DNA of 22,261 bases from an archaeon (GTDB taxonomy: Archaea; Thermoproteota; Nitrososphaeria; Nitrososphaerales; Gagatemarchaeaceae). Below, one piece after another: positions 1 through 7,476 of this stretch (position 1 is its first letter; each line of letters opens with the position of its first letter). Where the stretch lies: the NCBI GenBank assembly GCA_902812495.1, contig CADDZR010000019.1, positions 1-22,261 on the forward strand. Reading direction: 5' to 3'. Made by a program: the position numbers and the translations under genes. The notes under the pieces are model-generated. The model did not search any database. It was given only the letters and a program-made list of their open reading frames with translations, and was not told the origin of the DNA.

Positions 1-64
1 TTATCTCTCGGCCTCATATTCCTCCCGATAACTCTATCAATATCATCTTTAATAGTATGCTGAC

Positions 65-817
65 TTGAAGATAACAAAGGAAAGAAGCTCCTTACTCTAC
101 AACAAATACCTCCTTGGTGCTGCGGGTATTATGTTGGCTGTGAGTACTCTAGAGCTCCTAGATATAGTTGAACTTCCTTTCGAGAACCTTTTCGGTAATT
201 CGCTGGCTGGAGGTCTCGCCAATTCAATAATCTCCTTCATGCAAAAAAATGCATATCCTGCTCTCTTTGTACTTATGTTTCTCGAGAGCGCCTCACTCCC
301 AATACCAAGCGAACTATACCTTCCCTTTGCTGGATACTTGATTTACACTGGCTCGATGAACTTCCCACTTGCTCTCATCGTTGCTACAGTATCAGGAACA
401 CTTGGTGCTCTAGTTGATTTCTACATAGGTCTGATCCTCGGAAGGGTCTTTGTCAGGCGGCTTGCGAGGTACTTTATGGTGTCTGAGGAGGGCATGGACA
501 GGGCTGAGAGATGGATAAACACAAAAGGATCATGGAGTGTATTTGCTGCAAGGTTCGTTCCAGGATTAAGGTCGATAATATCATTTCCAGCCGGCATCCT
601 TGATATGGAAAGGAAGAGGTTCATATTAACAACATCCTTAGGAACTTTTGGCTGGTCCCTGCTTCTTATTTATATTGGATTTGCAGCTGGAAAGCTCTGG
701 GAAACAGCTATATCAACAATAGAAAAGACAGCAAATCAGGCAGTTGTTGTTTTAATTGCCGCTCTTTCTGCGTCTTATATTGCGTACTACTTGAGAAAGG
801 CTAGACGGACCTCTTAG
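65..817 (+). CDS. DedA / SNARE-associated family membrane protein
   Basis: 250-aa ORF predicted to span the membrane several times. It carries the DedA-type segments FLESASLPIPSELYLPFAGYL and ARFVPGLRSIISFPAG. The TTG start at 65 is uncertain. The 3' end overlaps the convergent ORF 801..1376 by 17 nt. Confidence 0.7.
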   Translation: MKITKERSSLLYNKYLLGAAGIMLAVSTLELLDIVELPFENLFGNSLAGGLANSIISFMQKNAYPALFVLMFLESASLPIPSELYLPFAGYLIYTGSMNFPLALIVATVSGTLGALVDFYIGLILGRVFVRRLARYFMVSEEGMDRAERWINTKGSWSVFAARFVPGLRSIISFPAGILDMERKRFILTTSLGTFGWSLLLIYIGFAAGKLWETAISTIEKTANQAVVVLIAALSASYIAYYLRKARRTS

Positions 818-1376
818 TTGCAACAACCCTTATCGTGCCAACGGACATCTCGCTTTTGTTTATGACGTAGCCGTAGCCTACTATTATTGATTTGAGGAAC
901 TCGTATGCACACTGTGTAGATTCTATCCTTCTTCCAGCTCCGACCACATCTATCTCAAGAGTGTTCTTATCTGGATGCGAGACGATGAACTTCTTTATAG
1001 GCAGGAGAAGCGTTAGATCTTTTGCGAGCTCTGCTAGCTTGTCTATGTCGCTGGCAACAATCTTGAGGAGTACAAGCATCTTCTGTCCAAGTTCAGCGAA
1101 CATTTTGAAGAGCTCATCCTTTTTCTGCTGGTAAAGCATGGCAATAAGCTCATCAACAAAATCAGAGGGTAACGTTATAACATCTACTTGCCTTAGAATT
1201 GAAGCAACCTTCCATATCCTGTATATCTCTTCCGGGTTACCACCTTCGGAGCATACCTTTGATACCATGGAGAGGGATTCGTTTGCAAAAGCGTACAGGG
1301 TTTTATTCTGTCTCCGTGCATGGTAAGAAAAATCGTTAAAGACATTCTCGTCGACTGCTATGTTAACCCTAGCCAT
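801..1376 (-). CDS. Hypothetical protein with N-terminal ribbon-helix-helix-like (CopG/Arc/MetJ type) segment
   Basis: 191-aa ORF with an ATG start at 1376. The N-terminus MARVNIAVDENVFNDFSYHARRQNKTLYAFANESL has the beta-helix-helix pattern of RHH DNA binders. An AT-rich TATA-like box lies about 25-35 nt upstream. I do not recognise the C-terminal two thirds. Confidence 0.5.
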   Translation of the reverse strand: MARVNIAVDENVFNDFSYHARRQNKTLYAFANESLSMVSKVCSEGGNPEEIYRIWKVASILRQVDVITLPSDFVDELIAMLYQQKKDELFKMFAELGQKMLVLLKIVASDIDKLAELAKDLTLLLPIKKFIVSHPDKNTLEIDVVGAGRRIESTQCAYEFLKSIIVGYGYVINKSEMSVGTIRVVATKRSV

Positions 1377-1399
1377 ACCACGGCATCATAACTACCATA

Positions 1400-1414
1400 T
1401 TTATCTTTAAAATA
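1400..1414. promoter_or_regulatory. AT-rich TATA-like element shared by the divergent RHH gene and tRNA-Gly
   Basis: The sequence tttatctttaaaata lies about 25-35 nt from the ATG at 1376 on the minus strand and about 40-50 nt from tRNA position 1 on the plus strand. This is a spacing and composition argument only. Confidence 0.35.
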
Positions 1415-1452
1415 CAACGTTATTATCCACCCATACTGCAACCCCTCACAGT

Positions 1453-1551
1453 GCGGTGGTCGTCTAGTCTGGTCTAGGACGGTAGCCTGCCACGCTACTG
1501 ACCCGGGAGGCTGTGAAAAGCAGTCCGGGAGTTCAAATCCCGGCCACCGCA
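1453..1551 (+). tRNA. tRNA-Gly (anticodon GCC) with a putative 24-nt non-canonical intron
   Basis: Hand-folded cloverleaf:
- Acceptor stem GCGGTGG / CCACCGC, discriminator A1551.
- D stem GTCT / GGAC with a GG-containing loop.
- Anticodon stem GTAGC / GCTAC, loop CTGCCAC (U33, GCC, A37).
- 4-nt variable loop TGAC.
- T arm CCGGG-TTCAAAT-CCCGG, which is contiguous only if 1508..1531 is removed.
The mature length would be 75 nt. No CCA is encoded. Confidence 0.85.
1508..1531 (+). other. Putative tRNA intron between positions 53 and 54 (T-stem/T-loop junction)
   Basis: Removing AGGCTGTGAAAAGCAGTCCGGGAG gives a fully canonical T arm with G53-C61. The insert can form a hairpin (GGCTG / CAGTC, with one G-T pair). 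It also contains a second copy of CCGGGAG (1525..1531, matching 1503..1509). I did not verify a strict bulge-helix-bulge motif by eye. Confidence 0.6.
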
Positions 1552-1592
1552 TCTTTATCGATACTTAACCTTGTCAATCATAAAGCGTAAAA

Positions 1593-2207
1593 ATGGTTTC
1601 AATTTTTGTGGTTAAAGAAATTAATTATTTCAAGAGCATTAATTTAAAAGGAACGGTAAAGAATAGCTGTGTGTTGCAGCAGATAAAACCTGATGTCCGA
1701 CCTGTCGCTTTCCTCAACCTACTGGTTTACTTAGTTTTTGTAGCTGTTTTTGATATATTTGCTCTCATATTTTATAATCCTATAAACAGATTTTTTCAAA
1801 ATTTTTCAGTTACCTTCTGGCTTGCCCTCCTTGTTTTTGACTTTTTAGTCATTCTAGTGGGCATGCTTAGGTTTGTAAGGCTTTATTGGTACAGAAGGTT
1901 CCACACATATGTGATATCTGATGATTCACTGAATCTGCTAAGCGGTGTCTTATCGAAAAAGGAGTTCCGTATACCCTATAACAACATATCTGCAGTCGAG
2001 GTAATTCTCCCTTTCAGCCTACGCATCTTTAACCTTGGTGTGTTACGAGTTGAAACAAATGACAGGAACAGATACTTTCTTCATTTCATAAGAAATCCAA
2101 AAGCTGTTGCGGATTTAATTCTCGGACAAGTAAGAGCGGAAGAAAAACAGACAAAGGATATGGCAGAAACGTTGAGAAGAATAGAAGATGAGCTAAAGAA
2201 AGAATAA
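1593..2207 (+). CDS. Membrane protein with bacterial PH domain (bPH_2 / DUF304, YdbS/YdbT-like)
   Basis: Two N-terminal TM helices are followed by YVISDDSLNLLSGVLSKKEFRIPYNNISAVEVILPFSLRIFNLGVLRVET, the typical bPH_2 pattern. An alternative start at GTG 1671 sits about 25-30 nt downstream of the TATA-like attaatttaaaagg and may be the real start. Confidence 0.65.
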   Translation: MVSIFVVKEINYFKSINLKGTVKNSCVLQQIKPDVRPVAFLNLLVYLVFVAVFDIFALIFYNPINRFFQNFSVTFWLALLVFDFLVILVGMLRFVRLYWYRRFHTYVISDDSLNLLSGVLSKKEFRIPYNNISAVEVILPFSLRIFNLGVLRVETNDRNRYFLHFIRNPKAVADLILGQVRAEEKQTKDMAETLRRIEDELKKE

Positions 2208-2218
2208 CTGGGTTTGTT

Positions 2219-3376
2219 TTAAAATTCCTTCTGTGGATTTATTAGCTCAAAGAAAATACGCGCTATTTCCTTGTCCTTTTTTGTTTTATCAAGTATATCC
2301 ATCAACCTGCTCTGGACCTCGTCTGTGAATTCGTCTGCAAATTTTGCTGAAAGGTTTACAGCACTGTCAACAAGGTCCAAGGCCATCGGCAGGTTCGTTG
2401 CCTCATTGAAAAATCCGTCTTGCGATATTAGCTTAAAAACATCCTCCTTCATTTTTTCTGGAAACTCTATTTCGCAAGGCGGCATACTTTCGTAGTTTCT
2501 AACCTGCATCCTTCTGAGACTTGAGAAGGGCTCTTTTGAAAAACCAAACTCCTCAAAAGGTCTATACGTTTTCAGCCTTGCTTCGTCTATGAAATTATCT
2601 GGAAGTTTCCCCTTTGATGCTAGGTTTGCTATATAGCTGTAAACAGGCACGGGTTCCTTTCCAACAATAGACTCGTATTCGAATACTGATCTCGTAGGCA
2701 TGACTGAAGCGAGGATCAGCTTGTCTATCACTGATGAGAGTTGTGTCTTCTTACCTTTTGAAAGAAGGTAGCCACCTATTGCTCTTGTCCTGCTTCTCTT
2801 TATGACACCTACAACCCTACCGCTCTCTACAAGCTCGCTTGTCGTGCTGTAAGTATCCTCTATCACCCTAAGGTGGTTGTCTGAGGTGTAGCCTTCCTTC
2901 ATCATCTTAATTGCTGTGTATAGAAAGCCGTAAAATGCACCGTCGAGTACAACGAAATCAGCGTTTGAAAGCGCTTTCTTTGCAAACCTCCTTTCCTCAA
3001 GGGCACTGTTCAGGTCAAACATGTAGATGCTCTCATCTTGTGAAAGTGCCTGTTTTCTCTTGAAGAAGCCTGCTCCAAACTCATCATGCCTTTCTTTTCC
3101 ATACAAATAAGTTGCTCCGACAGCAAACACACCATACCTTATACCGAGCCTTTGACTAAGCCTTGGAGAGCGGGAACCGTCAACTGCGGCAATTCTGTAC
3201 CTCTCGCCCGATGTTCCATAAATTCTCAGGTTTTTTTGTACTATTTCTTTTACAGCAGATAACTCCTTTACAAGCTCATCAAGTATCTCTGCAACCTTAG
3301 AAGTTTCTTTCTCTGCTATTTCAAAAAATTTATGCTGCAGGTCATGTGGTAACTTAATCCATTCTATCTCTGACAT
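2219..3376 (-). CDS. nurA: NurA-family 5'-3' nuclease
   Basis: NurA-type acidic motifs are present: RIAAVDGSRS and FVVLDGAFYGF. It lies immediately downstream of herA. I chose ATG 3376 (MSEIEWIK...) as the start, 2 nt after the herA stop. The longer ORF reaching 3502 would overlap herA by 124 nt. Confidence 0.7.
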   Translation of the reverse strand: MSEIEWIKLPHDLQHKFFEIAEKETSKVAEILDELVKELSAVKEIVQKNLRIYGTSGERYRIAAVDGSRSPRLSQRLGIRYGVFAVGATYLYGKERHDEFGAGFFKRKQALSQDESIYMFDLNSALEERRFAKKALSNADFVVLDGAFYGFLYTAIKMMKEGYTSDNHLRVIEDTYSTTSELVESGRVVGVIKRSRTRAIGGYLLSKGKKTQLSSVIDKLILASVMPTRSVFEYESIVGKEPVPVYSYIANLASKGKLPDNFIDEARLKTYRPFEEFGFSKEPFSSLRRMQVRNYESMPPCEIEFPEKMKEDVFKLISQDGFFNEATNLPMALDLVDSAVNLSAKFADEFTDEVQSRLMDILDKTKKDKEIARIFFELINPQKEF

Positions 3377-3378
3377 TC

Positions 3379-4824
3379 TTATCCCGGCTTGTATGTTATC
3401 AGGAGAGGTATTGGAGACGGGTTCATTGCTCCTGCGAAGTAGAACTTCCCGGGCTTGAGTTGAAGCAGTGTATCGGCCGTTATACCGTAGGGCGAAAGCC
3501 ATTCTGATGCACCTCCTTCTCCTCCCGCATCCAAAGGATGTATTCTCCCGAAGAATTGTGTGTTTAGGTTCCTCCTTACAGACGCATTTATCCCTATCTC
3601 GCCCTTTATTCCTTGGGCTATCAAGACAAGGCAGAGCTTTCTCTTCCTCCCAAGTGCTGCAATGTTCTTTATCATCTCAGTTGTATCGCTCTGTATTCCC
3701 TTCGGTTCCCAAGGCGCGTACTGCGGCGCCTCATCTATGATGAGAGCAAGGTTGACTTCCGTCCCTCTCTCCATAACATCGTACAAATACCTTGCGAGTG
3801 ATAGAAAGATTCCGAGCTTTGCTTCAGATGTGACACCACTCATGTCAATTACCATCAGATCCTCTAGCTTTCCTATCATTTCTTCGATATCCTTTGTTCC
3901 CATTATCTGTTTCAGGTCAGATGGTTTCAGTTTCCTTTTAACGCGGGAGAGCTCTCTTAAAGCAGAGTTTTGGTGGTCCTTTCTTTCCACGTTACCTTCT
4001 ATGTACTCCTTCACCCTGTTCATCAGTTCATAGTAGAGCTTTTCTTCATCCCTTATTTTAGAGACAGTTGATTCCCATCCAATTATTGCCTCGTCAAAGG
4101 CATTTTCCAAGTTCATGTTCTTGCTGAAGTTCTTTGCCTTGTCCTTTAGATAGCTCATCACAGACTCTTCGTCAAGAGCAATATCCGATATTGTTGTTAT
4201 CTTTCCACCGTAATACGGTACATAGTCGGTGCCACTCCAGTCAAGTATTAAGACTCTGTAACCTGCTTTCCTCAGAAGGGGTACGAGTATGAATCTTGTA
4301 AACCATGATTTACCGCTCCCCGTTGAGCCATATATCGCTATGTGGTAAGGAATGTATGTTTTATCGACAGGTATTTTCCAGCTTTCATGCCCATCTAAAT
4401 AAGCATCAGTCCAAACACAGTCCTTACCCTTTGCAAGCCATTCCATCGGATTATCAGCATCCTCGAGAAGGTAGACAGGCGACCTAGGCTGTATTATCGA
4501 CCTGTTTGGCTCAACCCCCGAATCTCCTGAAACTGCTCCAATTGGCCTTATGCTAAAGGAATAAATTTCTCTCGCGCTAGATGGTTCACCTCCATATTTC
4601 ATATAGGCAACGTCAGGCTTGTAGGATGAGATGCTAAGGAATTCATTTTTCCCTAACCCCTCTCTAAGTACGCCAAGTATCTCGTTTGTTGTATTCTGTT
4701 CTCCTCCATTTTTAATCAAAACAAGCTCTTCCGCTGTAAGGCTTCTCTCGAGATCTTTCAGGAGAATGAGCCTTGCAGAAGTTTCGGTTGAGCCGTCTGC
4801 TACCCTACCTATCAGTTTCAACAT
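3379..4824 (-). CDS. herA: HerA-family hexameric ATPase/helicase (DUF87 / FtsK-HerA superfamily)
   Basis: Walker A is HIAIYGSTGSGKSWF and Walker B is ALIIDEAPQYAP. There is an N-terminal barrel-like region and a late Arg-finger region (RRNLNTQFFGR). The length of 481 aa is typical of archaeal HerA. Confidence 0.8.
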   Translation of the reverse strand: MLKLIGRVADGSTETSARLILLKDLERSLTAEELVLIKNGGEQNTTNEILGVLREGLGKNEFLSISSYKPDVAYMKYGGEPSSAREIYSFSIRPIGAVSGDSGVEPNRSIIQPRSPVYLLEDADNPMEWLAKGKDCVWTDAYLDGHESWKIPVDKTYIPYHIAIYGSTGSGKSWFTRFILVPLLRKAGYRVLILDWSGTDYVPYYGGKITTISDIALDEESVMSYLKDKAKNFSKNMNLENAFDEAIIGWESTVSKIRDEEKLYYELMNRVKEYIEGNVERKDHQNSALRELSRVKRKLKPSDLKQIMGTKDIEEMIGKLEDLMVIDMSGVTSEAKLGIFLSLARYLYDVMERGTEVNLALIIDEAPQYAPWEPKGIQSDTTEMIKNIAALGRKRKLCLVLIAQGIKGEIGINASVRRNLNTQFFGRIHPLDAGGEGGASEWLSPYGITADTLLQLKPGKFYFAGAMNPSPIPLLITYKPG

Positions 4825-4844
4825 TTATTATTTGTTTCTTCCAA

Positions 4845-4856
4845 TTTATAAATATA
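4845..4856 (-). promoter_or_regulatory. TATA-like box for herA-nurA (leaderless spacing)
   Basis: The plus-strand sequence tttataaatata is centred about 26 nt upstream of the herA ATG at 4824. Confidence 0.4.
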
Positions 4857-4933
4857 TTTGCAGCATGCATGGTTCAAACATATCTGCCAAATAACATAAC
4901 AATTTTTTCCCAAGCTGAGAGGAGGCAAGTGCC

Positions 4934-5605
4934 ATGCAGGAAAAGGAGAGGATAGTTCATTCTTGGAGTGGCGGTAAGGACAGCAGCATCGCTCTTTACA
5001 AGGTAGTTAGCTCAGGTTTATACAAACCCGTAAGGTTACTCACTACGGCCACTTATGATTATAAGAGGGTAAGCATGCACGGAGTTAGGCTTGAGCTAGC
5101 ATTTATGCAGGCTGAATCCATAGGGTTACCACTGGATGTCGTATATCTTAGCAGAAATGCGACAAATGAGGAGTACGAAAGTAAAATGAGAGCGGCTCTC
5201 ACCAAGTACAAAGAAGATGGAATATCAAAAGTGTCTTTTGGTGATATTTTCCTTGAGGATATAAGAAAGTACAGGGAAACTAGGATGGCAGAGATAGGAA
5301 TGGGTTGCGTATTTCCAATATGGGGAAAGGACACAAAGGACCTCGCGTTTGAAATAATAAAACTAGGTTTCAAGGCAATAATATGTACAGTGGATTCGAG
5401 GAAGCTCGGAAAGGAATTCGCTGGTAGGATGTACGACCTAGAACTGCTTAAGAGCCTTCCGAAAGACGTTGATCCGTGCGGTGAAAGGGGCGAGTTTCAT
5501 ACATTTGTCTTTGATGGCCCAATTTTTCGCAACAGAATTGCTGTTAAAAAAGGAGAAACAGTTCTGCGGGATTCTTTCTATTTCACAGACCTTCTGCCAG
5601 CTTAA
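4934..5605 (+). CDS. Dph6-related / MJ0570-family PP-loop ATP pyrophosphatase (diphthine-ammonia ligase-like)
   Basis: The N-terminal PP-loop is HSWSGGKDSSIAL and the C-terminal family signature is GERGEFHTFVFDGPIF. A Shine-Dalgarno-like GAGGAGG lies about 10 nt upstream of the ATG. Confidence 0.7.
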   Translation: MQEKERIVHSWSGGKDSSIALYKVVSSGLYKPVRLLTTATYDYKRVSMHGVRLELAFMQAESIGLPLDVVYLSRNATNEEYESKMRAALTKYKEDGISKVSFGDIFLEDIRKYRETRMAEIGMGCVFPIWGKDTKDLAFEIIKLGFKAIICTVDSRKLGKEFAGRMYDLELLKSLPKDVDPCGERGEFHTFVFDGPIFRNRIAVKKGETVLRDSFYFTDLLPA

Positions 5606-5618
5606 CAATTCTATAAAA

Positions 5619-6116
5619 CTAAGGCGGTAACTGCATCATTGTTGCGATGAATAGTATTACAACCATCAAAACAAGATTAAGAGCAGAGACGACTCTGCTT
5701 CTCCTTCTTACTCTGCTCAGCCCTTCTACGTTTTTCTGGGATGCGAAATTGATTATCTTCTTTCCATAGTAAACATTATGGACGTAAATGAAAACCAGAA
5801 GAATAAGCACAAGAAACACTTTGACAAGCAAGAGCTGCCCTTGGTACGTGTTATACAGCGCGTTCATTGAAGGTAAATACCAGTAAGCGTTGTAAATTCC
5901 TGTAAGGATCAGAGCCACAAGGATATGTGTAGTTATCCTTCCAAACCTTCTGGCAACCTTTCCCACAATTTCTGTCCTCTCCGCCTCGTTCTCTGTTATT
6001 GTCCTAGAGGCTGGCACCACAACTAGCCACATGAAGAAAGAACCACCCACAAAAAGAACTGCACTGAATAGATGGGCCCAGAGCATCACAGTGTTGAGAA
6101 CAGAAATAAGGTCCAT
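5619..6116 (-). CDS. CopD-like (copper resistance D family) small integral membrane protein
   Basis: 165 aa with 4-5 TM helices. The N-terminal WAHLFSAVLFVGGSFFMWLVVVP and the later His-containing helices resemble the CopD / YcnJ C-terminal family. Assignment is by pattern only. Confidence 0.5.
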   Translation of the reverse strand: MDLISVLNTVMLWAHLFSAVLFVGGSFFMWLVVVPASRTITENEAERTEIVGKVARRFGRITTHILVALILTGIYNAYWYLPSMNALYNTYQGQLLLVKVFLVLILLVFIYVHNVYYGKKIINFASQKNVEGLSRVRRRSRVVSALNLVLMVVILFIATMMQLPP

Positions 6117-6205
6117 TACTTCACGCGTTTAGAATCAAGGCCTATAAGTGCTTTCTTGAATAAGGTTTAATTAGATTTAATTACTTTTGAAGGCCATCTT
6201 GTGCC

Positions 6206-6469
6206 ATGAGCGAGTCTGAGGAACCGGAACCGCAGCGGAGCCTTAAGAGAATAATATGGCAGTACGAAAATTGTTTATCCTGCGTTTGGTTTCTTCCAAA
6301 CGATCCGATAAACGCTGACCTTCTTGAGAGAGGAAAGTGTACGCATCCAAAACTGAAGGACTTCGAACTCATTGTTTCAGGCAGGGACTGGTGCAATCTC
6401 TACAAAGAAATAAGGCAGAGGCATATCGATGTTCTTCAGGAGAAAGCGATGAAAAAAGAAAAGAGCTAG
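6206..6469 (+). CDS. Small acidic/basic protein with four Cys (CxxC...C...C), function unknown
   Basis: 87-aa ORF with the pattern NCLSCVWF...GKCTHPK...DWCNLYK and a Lys/Glu-rich tail. A TATA-like tttaattagatttaatta lies 25-40 nt upstream of the ATG. I recognise no family. Confidence 0.45.
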   Translation: MSESEEPEPQRSLKRIIWQYENCLSCVWFLPNDPINADLLERGKCTHPKLKDFELIVSGRDWCNLYKEIRQRHIDVLQEKAMKKEKS

Positions 6470-6624
6470 AGAGTGACTCAGCATTGCATGCGTGATGCAT
6501 GTTCGTCTTCGTTTATTCTAGTTCCCGTTACTGTTACTTCCCTTTTATGTTATGCATAATAGGTAATGAGAGTCTTTCCCGAATACAATCCCAAAAGACC
6601 TTAGGGGCCACATTTATTCTTTCC

Positions 6625-7029
6625 TTAGAACTCCGTCTGCACCAACTTGGCTGTATTCACCATTTCTTTAGCTGCCCTAGTGTATCTCATTATCTTTATC
6701 ATTGAACCATCAAGCCTGAATTTTCCAGTTAAAATTCCCTGAATCGGGTCCACCTCTTTGTTTATCAACTTTTTCCAATTTGAGTAAGAACCCCTGTACG
6801 TGAAGGCTGCTTTGGGAACCTCCTCTGGATTCTCAGCGTAAAGAGCCTTTCTACATTCACCATGGTAGAGATCAAGGTAAATGTAAACGTTTTTTGGAAA
6901 TTCTTTGTCCTTCTCTACTATGAGGATTATGTCGCCCTCCCAATTAGTTGCTGCATCCCTGTAGGCTTGGTTCTCGTTTAGCTTTCTTACAAATTCTTCA
7001 ACCCAATCACTGCTCGGAAACTTGACCAT
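6625..7029 (-). CDS. SCP2 (sterol carrier protein 2-like) domain protein
   Basis: The sequence NWEGDIILIVEKD...ISYNWKKLINKEVDPIQGILTGKFRLDGSMIKIMR matches the SCP2 fold pattern. I prefer the ATG at 7029 over the TTG at 7053 given in the ORF track. Confidence 0.7.
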   Translation of the reverse strand: MVKFPSSDWVEEFVRKLNENQAYRDAATNWEGDIILIVEKDKEFPKNVYIYLDLYHGECRKALYAENPEEVPKAAFTYRGSYSNWKKLINKEVDPIQGILTGKFRLDGSMIKIMRYTRAAKEMVNTAKLVQTEF

Positions 7030-7476
7030 TATCTTAGCACATTGATTGAGCAACCTTCAGCTAATTTTAAGTTTTTCCGCACCAGACAATAGACACGCAG
7101 CAGATGCAAAAATAAGCAGAATATTAGATGCTCTTACACGCATGTTCCACCGATGCGGGAGAATAATATAATGTTAAATGTCTTTTATAAAATCAGTATA
7201 ATTGCCTTTAGCCTAAACCGTCTTATACAAGGTTGCAACAGTCATCTGGGCAATATTAGCACTCGCAACCGGGTTGAACATGGCAAGTGTTTGGATCTCC
7301 TTTGCAGCGATGCTCTAACGAGATCGAGTCAATTTGACGGGGTAATGCTAGCCCTTTTTCTTTAATTTGTATCATCAACAATTATTCCAAAAATCCTAAC
7401 ATGAGAACCTGAAAAATTATTTGAAACCCTGTTCAAAAAACACGATTTAAGTCCAAACTGGGGAAAAGGTACTGGC

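Noticed and set aside
1-17. Possible start of a minus-strand gene (ATG at 17..15 preceded by GGGAGG) running out of the left edge
   Set aside because: Only five codons are visible, so neither the coding status nor the product can be supported.
1358-1552. 64-aa minus-strand ORF from the track
   Set aside because: It lies almost entirely antisense to the well-folded tRNA-Gly. Its amino-acid sequence is just the reverse complement of tRNA stems.
3377-3502. N-terminal 42-codon extension of the NurA ORF (track start 3502)
   Set aside because: It would overlap the 3' end of herA by 124 nt. ATG 3376, 2 nt after the herA stop, gives a typical coupled arrangement and a sensible NurA N-terminus.
3468-4487. 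Several plus-strand ORFs (3468..3740, 3560..4033, 3613..3801, 4305..4487) antisense to herA. Similar antisense ORFs occur inside other genes, e.g. 421..624, 892..1326, 2271..2495, 5059..5373, 7863..8255, 11104..11483, 12718..13194, 14101..14733, 15430..15657, 15864..16883, 17279..17651, 18369..18557, 19038..19621, 19824..20537 and 20732..21218
   Set aside because: All lie opposite to, or out of frame with, ORFs that carry strong family motifs. Their translations are Ser/Leu/Phe/Arg-rich low-information sequences typical of antisense frames.
6470-6624. Possible C/D box sRNA in the convergent intergenic region (GTGATGC and AATGAGA strings)
   Set aside because: There is no properly spaced CTGA D or D' box and no terminal stem. 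The match to RUGAUGA is imperfect.
7057-7143. 28-aa minus-strand ORF (MRVRASNILLIFASAACLLSGAEKLKIS) just upstream of the SCP2 gene, which looks like a signal peptide or lipobox
   Set aside because: It is too short. The lipobox match (S-A-A-C) is poor and there is no promoter-like element. It probably arises by chance in the 5' region.
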